From the NCBI GenBank assembly GCA_964016885.1, contig OZ024760.1, forward strand, positions 16,182,001 through 16,246,000: a DNA stretch of 64,000 nucleotides, in the 5' to 3' direction. The notes under the pieces are model-generated. The model made no database searches. It saw only the letters and a program-made list of their open reading frames with translations, and was not told where the DNA came from. A program made the position numbers and the translations under genes. Below, in pieces: positions 60,556 to 64,000 of this stretch. Positions within the stretch are counted from its first letter, which is position 1. The number at the start of each line of letters is the position of its first letter. This DNA comes from Eledone cirrhosa. Taxonomy: Eukaryota.

Positions 60556-61418
60556 CTTCACATATATGTTTATATATATATATATGTGTGTGTATGTGTG
60601 TATGTATGTATATATGTATATATATATATATATGTATGTATATATAGGTATGTATATATATGTATGTATGTATATATGTATGTATATATGTATGTATATA
60701 TATATATATATATATGTACACATAGTGTCAAGGCCGCTTGAAAAAACAACAAAAACAACAACAACAAAACCGAAACTAAACAAAACATTTGAGTCTATCA
60801 ACTGTACATGGGTTGGTGTGTATAAAGTGGCATGGGGCAGAAGTTGTGGGGCGGAGGAACATACCTCCAGGGTGTCTGATGCTGAGTAAGGTTCTTTGTC
60901 ACATGACTTTCATCTTCGAAAAATGCCAACATACAAAAAAAAACAAAAAATTAACGAATAACAGTAAAAAAAATTCAAATATTTAACAAATATAGGAAAA
61001 AAAAATGGTTGACTGTAAAAATTCTCATTCTAATCCGCCCCCCCCCCCACCTCTCTCTTTCTTCTCTTTATCTCTCCCCCGCTTGTTCTTTCTCTTTTTC
61101 TCTTCGCTCTGTCTCTCTCTATCCCTCACACTCTCTCTTTATTCCACTCACTCTCTATTTATCTCTCTCTCTATCTATCTATCTATCTATCTATCTCTTT
61201 CTCTTTCTATCCCCCTCTCTCTCTATATATATATAATTATATGTATGTATGTATGTATATATATATATATGTATATATACATATATATATATATACGTAT
61301 ATATATATATATATGTAAATACATATATACATACATATAGTCATACGTACATATATATACACATACATATACATATATATATATATACATATATACATAT
61401 ATATATATATATATGTAT

Positions 61419-61465
<47 letters not shown>

Positions 61466-61792
61466 CATGTATATATATATATATTTGTTTTTGTTTCTCT
61501 CTCTCTCGCCATCATATTGTCGGTGTGATGCTGTCTCCATGGCGACCAATGTGTTCGCCCTATAAGTAAGACAACACCACTACAGATAGTATAAAGTGTA
61601 AATATATATAGAGTATATATATATATAACGAACTTTGTGGAACTTTAATACTAAGCTACATGTTGTAGACAGGCCTACAAAAGAACTTCTAAGTGGTCGC
61701 TTGACATGCTAGAAATAGCAGCCGAAAACTCTTGAAATTACACCTTACAGATTTAAAACTGACGGACATTGGATGATGTCATCCTAGATACA

Positions 61793-61826
<34 letters not shown>

Positions 61827-61893
61827 GTATATATATACATACATACATATATATGGGAATGGCGAGAGTCTATGGCTCCGTTAATTTATCGTG

Positions 61894-62023
<130 letters not shown>

Positions 62024-62172
62024 ATATATATTTCAAAAATACGTGGAAGAAATATAGGAAACAGAAAATAAGGAAGACACAAACACAAAGACAATTCCTG
62101 ACCTGCTCATCAGCTGTTTTCTGGGGATCATCATAGTTTCGGATGCTTTATAAGACACGACCATTCACCACA

Positions 62173-62228
<56 letters not shown>

Positions 62229-63150
62229 CAAACGGGATATTCATAGATGGAAAACATTTAATCCGTTATTCTGATCATTCTTTGATGTCATGGGGCTAAA
62301 AATCACCAACAACAGCCGCATTAAGTGGAAGTTTCTCGTAGGAACAACAGTATTACACAAATATTTAAATTATCACAGAAATTACATCGTGGAAGAGACA
62401 TTTTAACCAATATATAACTGTTATATTCACTTTTCATATATTTTGTTGTACCTTTGACAAACTTCCATAGCACAAATGTACAGATCATTATAAATAAGTG
62501 TGAAGGCGCATGGCTTAGTGGTTAGAGCATTGTGCTTGCAATCAAAAGGTTGTGAGTTCAATTCTCGAACCGGGTGATGTGTTGTTTCCTTGAGCAAGAC
62601 ACTTTATTTCACGTTGCTCCAGTTTACTCAACTGTAGAAATGAGATGATAGGGCTGGGGTCCCTATCATTAAATCACCCAAGACACCTCCAACGAGATAT
62701 ACCTTGGAGGAGGCCAGCTAAACCTGCATAGGTGTGAACTGTCACATACACACATTATAAATAAAACACACATATATATATATTCGCTACGTTGGTAACC
62801 ATTACACCACCACACATCAAATAACCCAGTCTACATAGGTTTATATAAGCTCACACAAAAAAGGGGCGCAACCCGGTCAGCGACAAATAAAGGAGAGTCA
62901 CTGTAATGGGATAGCCAAATGTTTCTTTAAATTGTAATACTAAATTAAAGCCCCCCCCCCCCCCACATTAGCAACTGATGATTTCCTCTAATGTGACTTA
63001 ACCCCTGGGTAACCACAGAGAGAACAGAGGCACATTAGATATGACTCTACAACACAATAGAACATAGACAAAGGACGTCTTTTATCATACGTCAAAGACT
63101 TGTGAACCTGAGTTTATATATATATATATATACACTTATATATATATATG

Positions 63151-63270
<120 letters not shown>

Positions 63271-63336
63271 TATATATATACATATATATGCATATATATG
63301 TACACATATATATATATATATATATATGTGTACAGA

Positions 63337-63370
<34 letters not shown>

Positions 63371-63458
63371 TGAAGCTGAGGCCTTTCGAAACGTTACTCT
63401 GAGTTTCACATTGCGGACTTTCAAACAATTAAAAAGAAAGCAACGTGGTAATAAATAA

Positions 63459-63516
<58 letters not shown>

Positions 63517-63808
63517 AAAATATACGTAAACACATCGAAATATGATAAGGCATCGAAATTGATTAGTTGCCACACTCCAATTGGTTTATTCAGTTTTCAT
63601 ACGCAGAGCACGTGATATGTTCATCTATATACGTAGCAAAACACGCGATTTCTTCTTGAATTCAGTAATATATCTGATTAGATTAGAATAAACAAAAACC
63701 AAAAGCTCACAAAAACGATTTAAAGAGCGTCAACCTCTAATAAAATTATTTACTAACTCTATGTATTTAGTACCTTTTTTTCGTTTGTAGACACACACGT
63801 TCACCAAT

Positions 63809-63850
<42 letters not shown>

Positions 63851-63871
63851 TATTTATTAAAATAACAGATT

Positions 63872-63926
63872 AAAGTTTAAGCAAAGAATCGCTGCTTTCA
63901 CCCTTAACGGGATCTTCTGAAACTTT
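63872..63926 (-). ncRNA. Type I hammerhead fold, family D (core CAGAAGA variant)
   Basis: Minus strand reads AAAGTTT CAGAAGA TCCC-gttaa-GGGT GAAAGCA gcgattctt TGCTT AAACTTT. The copy at 57851-57892 has canonical CTGAAGA. Confidence 0.68.
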
Positions 63927-63933
63927 GGTTTTT

Positions 63934-63984
<51 letters not shown>

Positions 63985-64000
63985 ATATATATATATATAC

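Overview
Repeat-rich eukaryotic DNA, most likely from an octopod cephalopod (inferred from the SINE families and the extreme (TA)n/(CA)n/(CAC)n/(TATG)n content). Nearly all ORFs in the track are microsatellite artefacts. One host gene is supported: a two-coding-exon secreted protein (47877/47955-48198 + 56481-56884, phase-1 GT-AG intron) with a signal peptide, a shortened IGFBP-type cysteine module, follistatin-N and Kazal domains, and a very basic tail. Mobile DNA includes a DD37D (maT-type) Tc1/mariner transposase, MITEs (mariner-, Tc2/pogo-, hAT- and piggyBac-like), RTE and CRE retrotransposon 3' ends, and many tRNA-derived SINEs. The main unexplained signal is more than 25 short non-coding inserts, nearly all embedded in (TA)n tracts and falling into at least six unrelated sequence families. 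They carry type I hammerhead ribozyme folds (complete in several copies), often form fold-back palindromes with the turn in or beside the ribozyme, and five families share a GAGT(A/G)C-like motif 35-60 nt from the 3' end. They look like Penelope-like retroelement termini or retrozyme-like elements that favour microsatellites. Two complete ribozymes lie on the sense strand of the host gene's intron. All structures were folded by eye and nothing was checked against a database.
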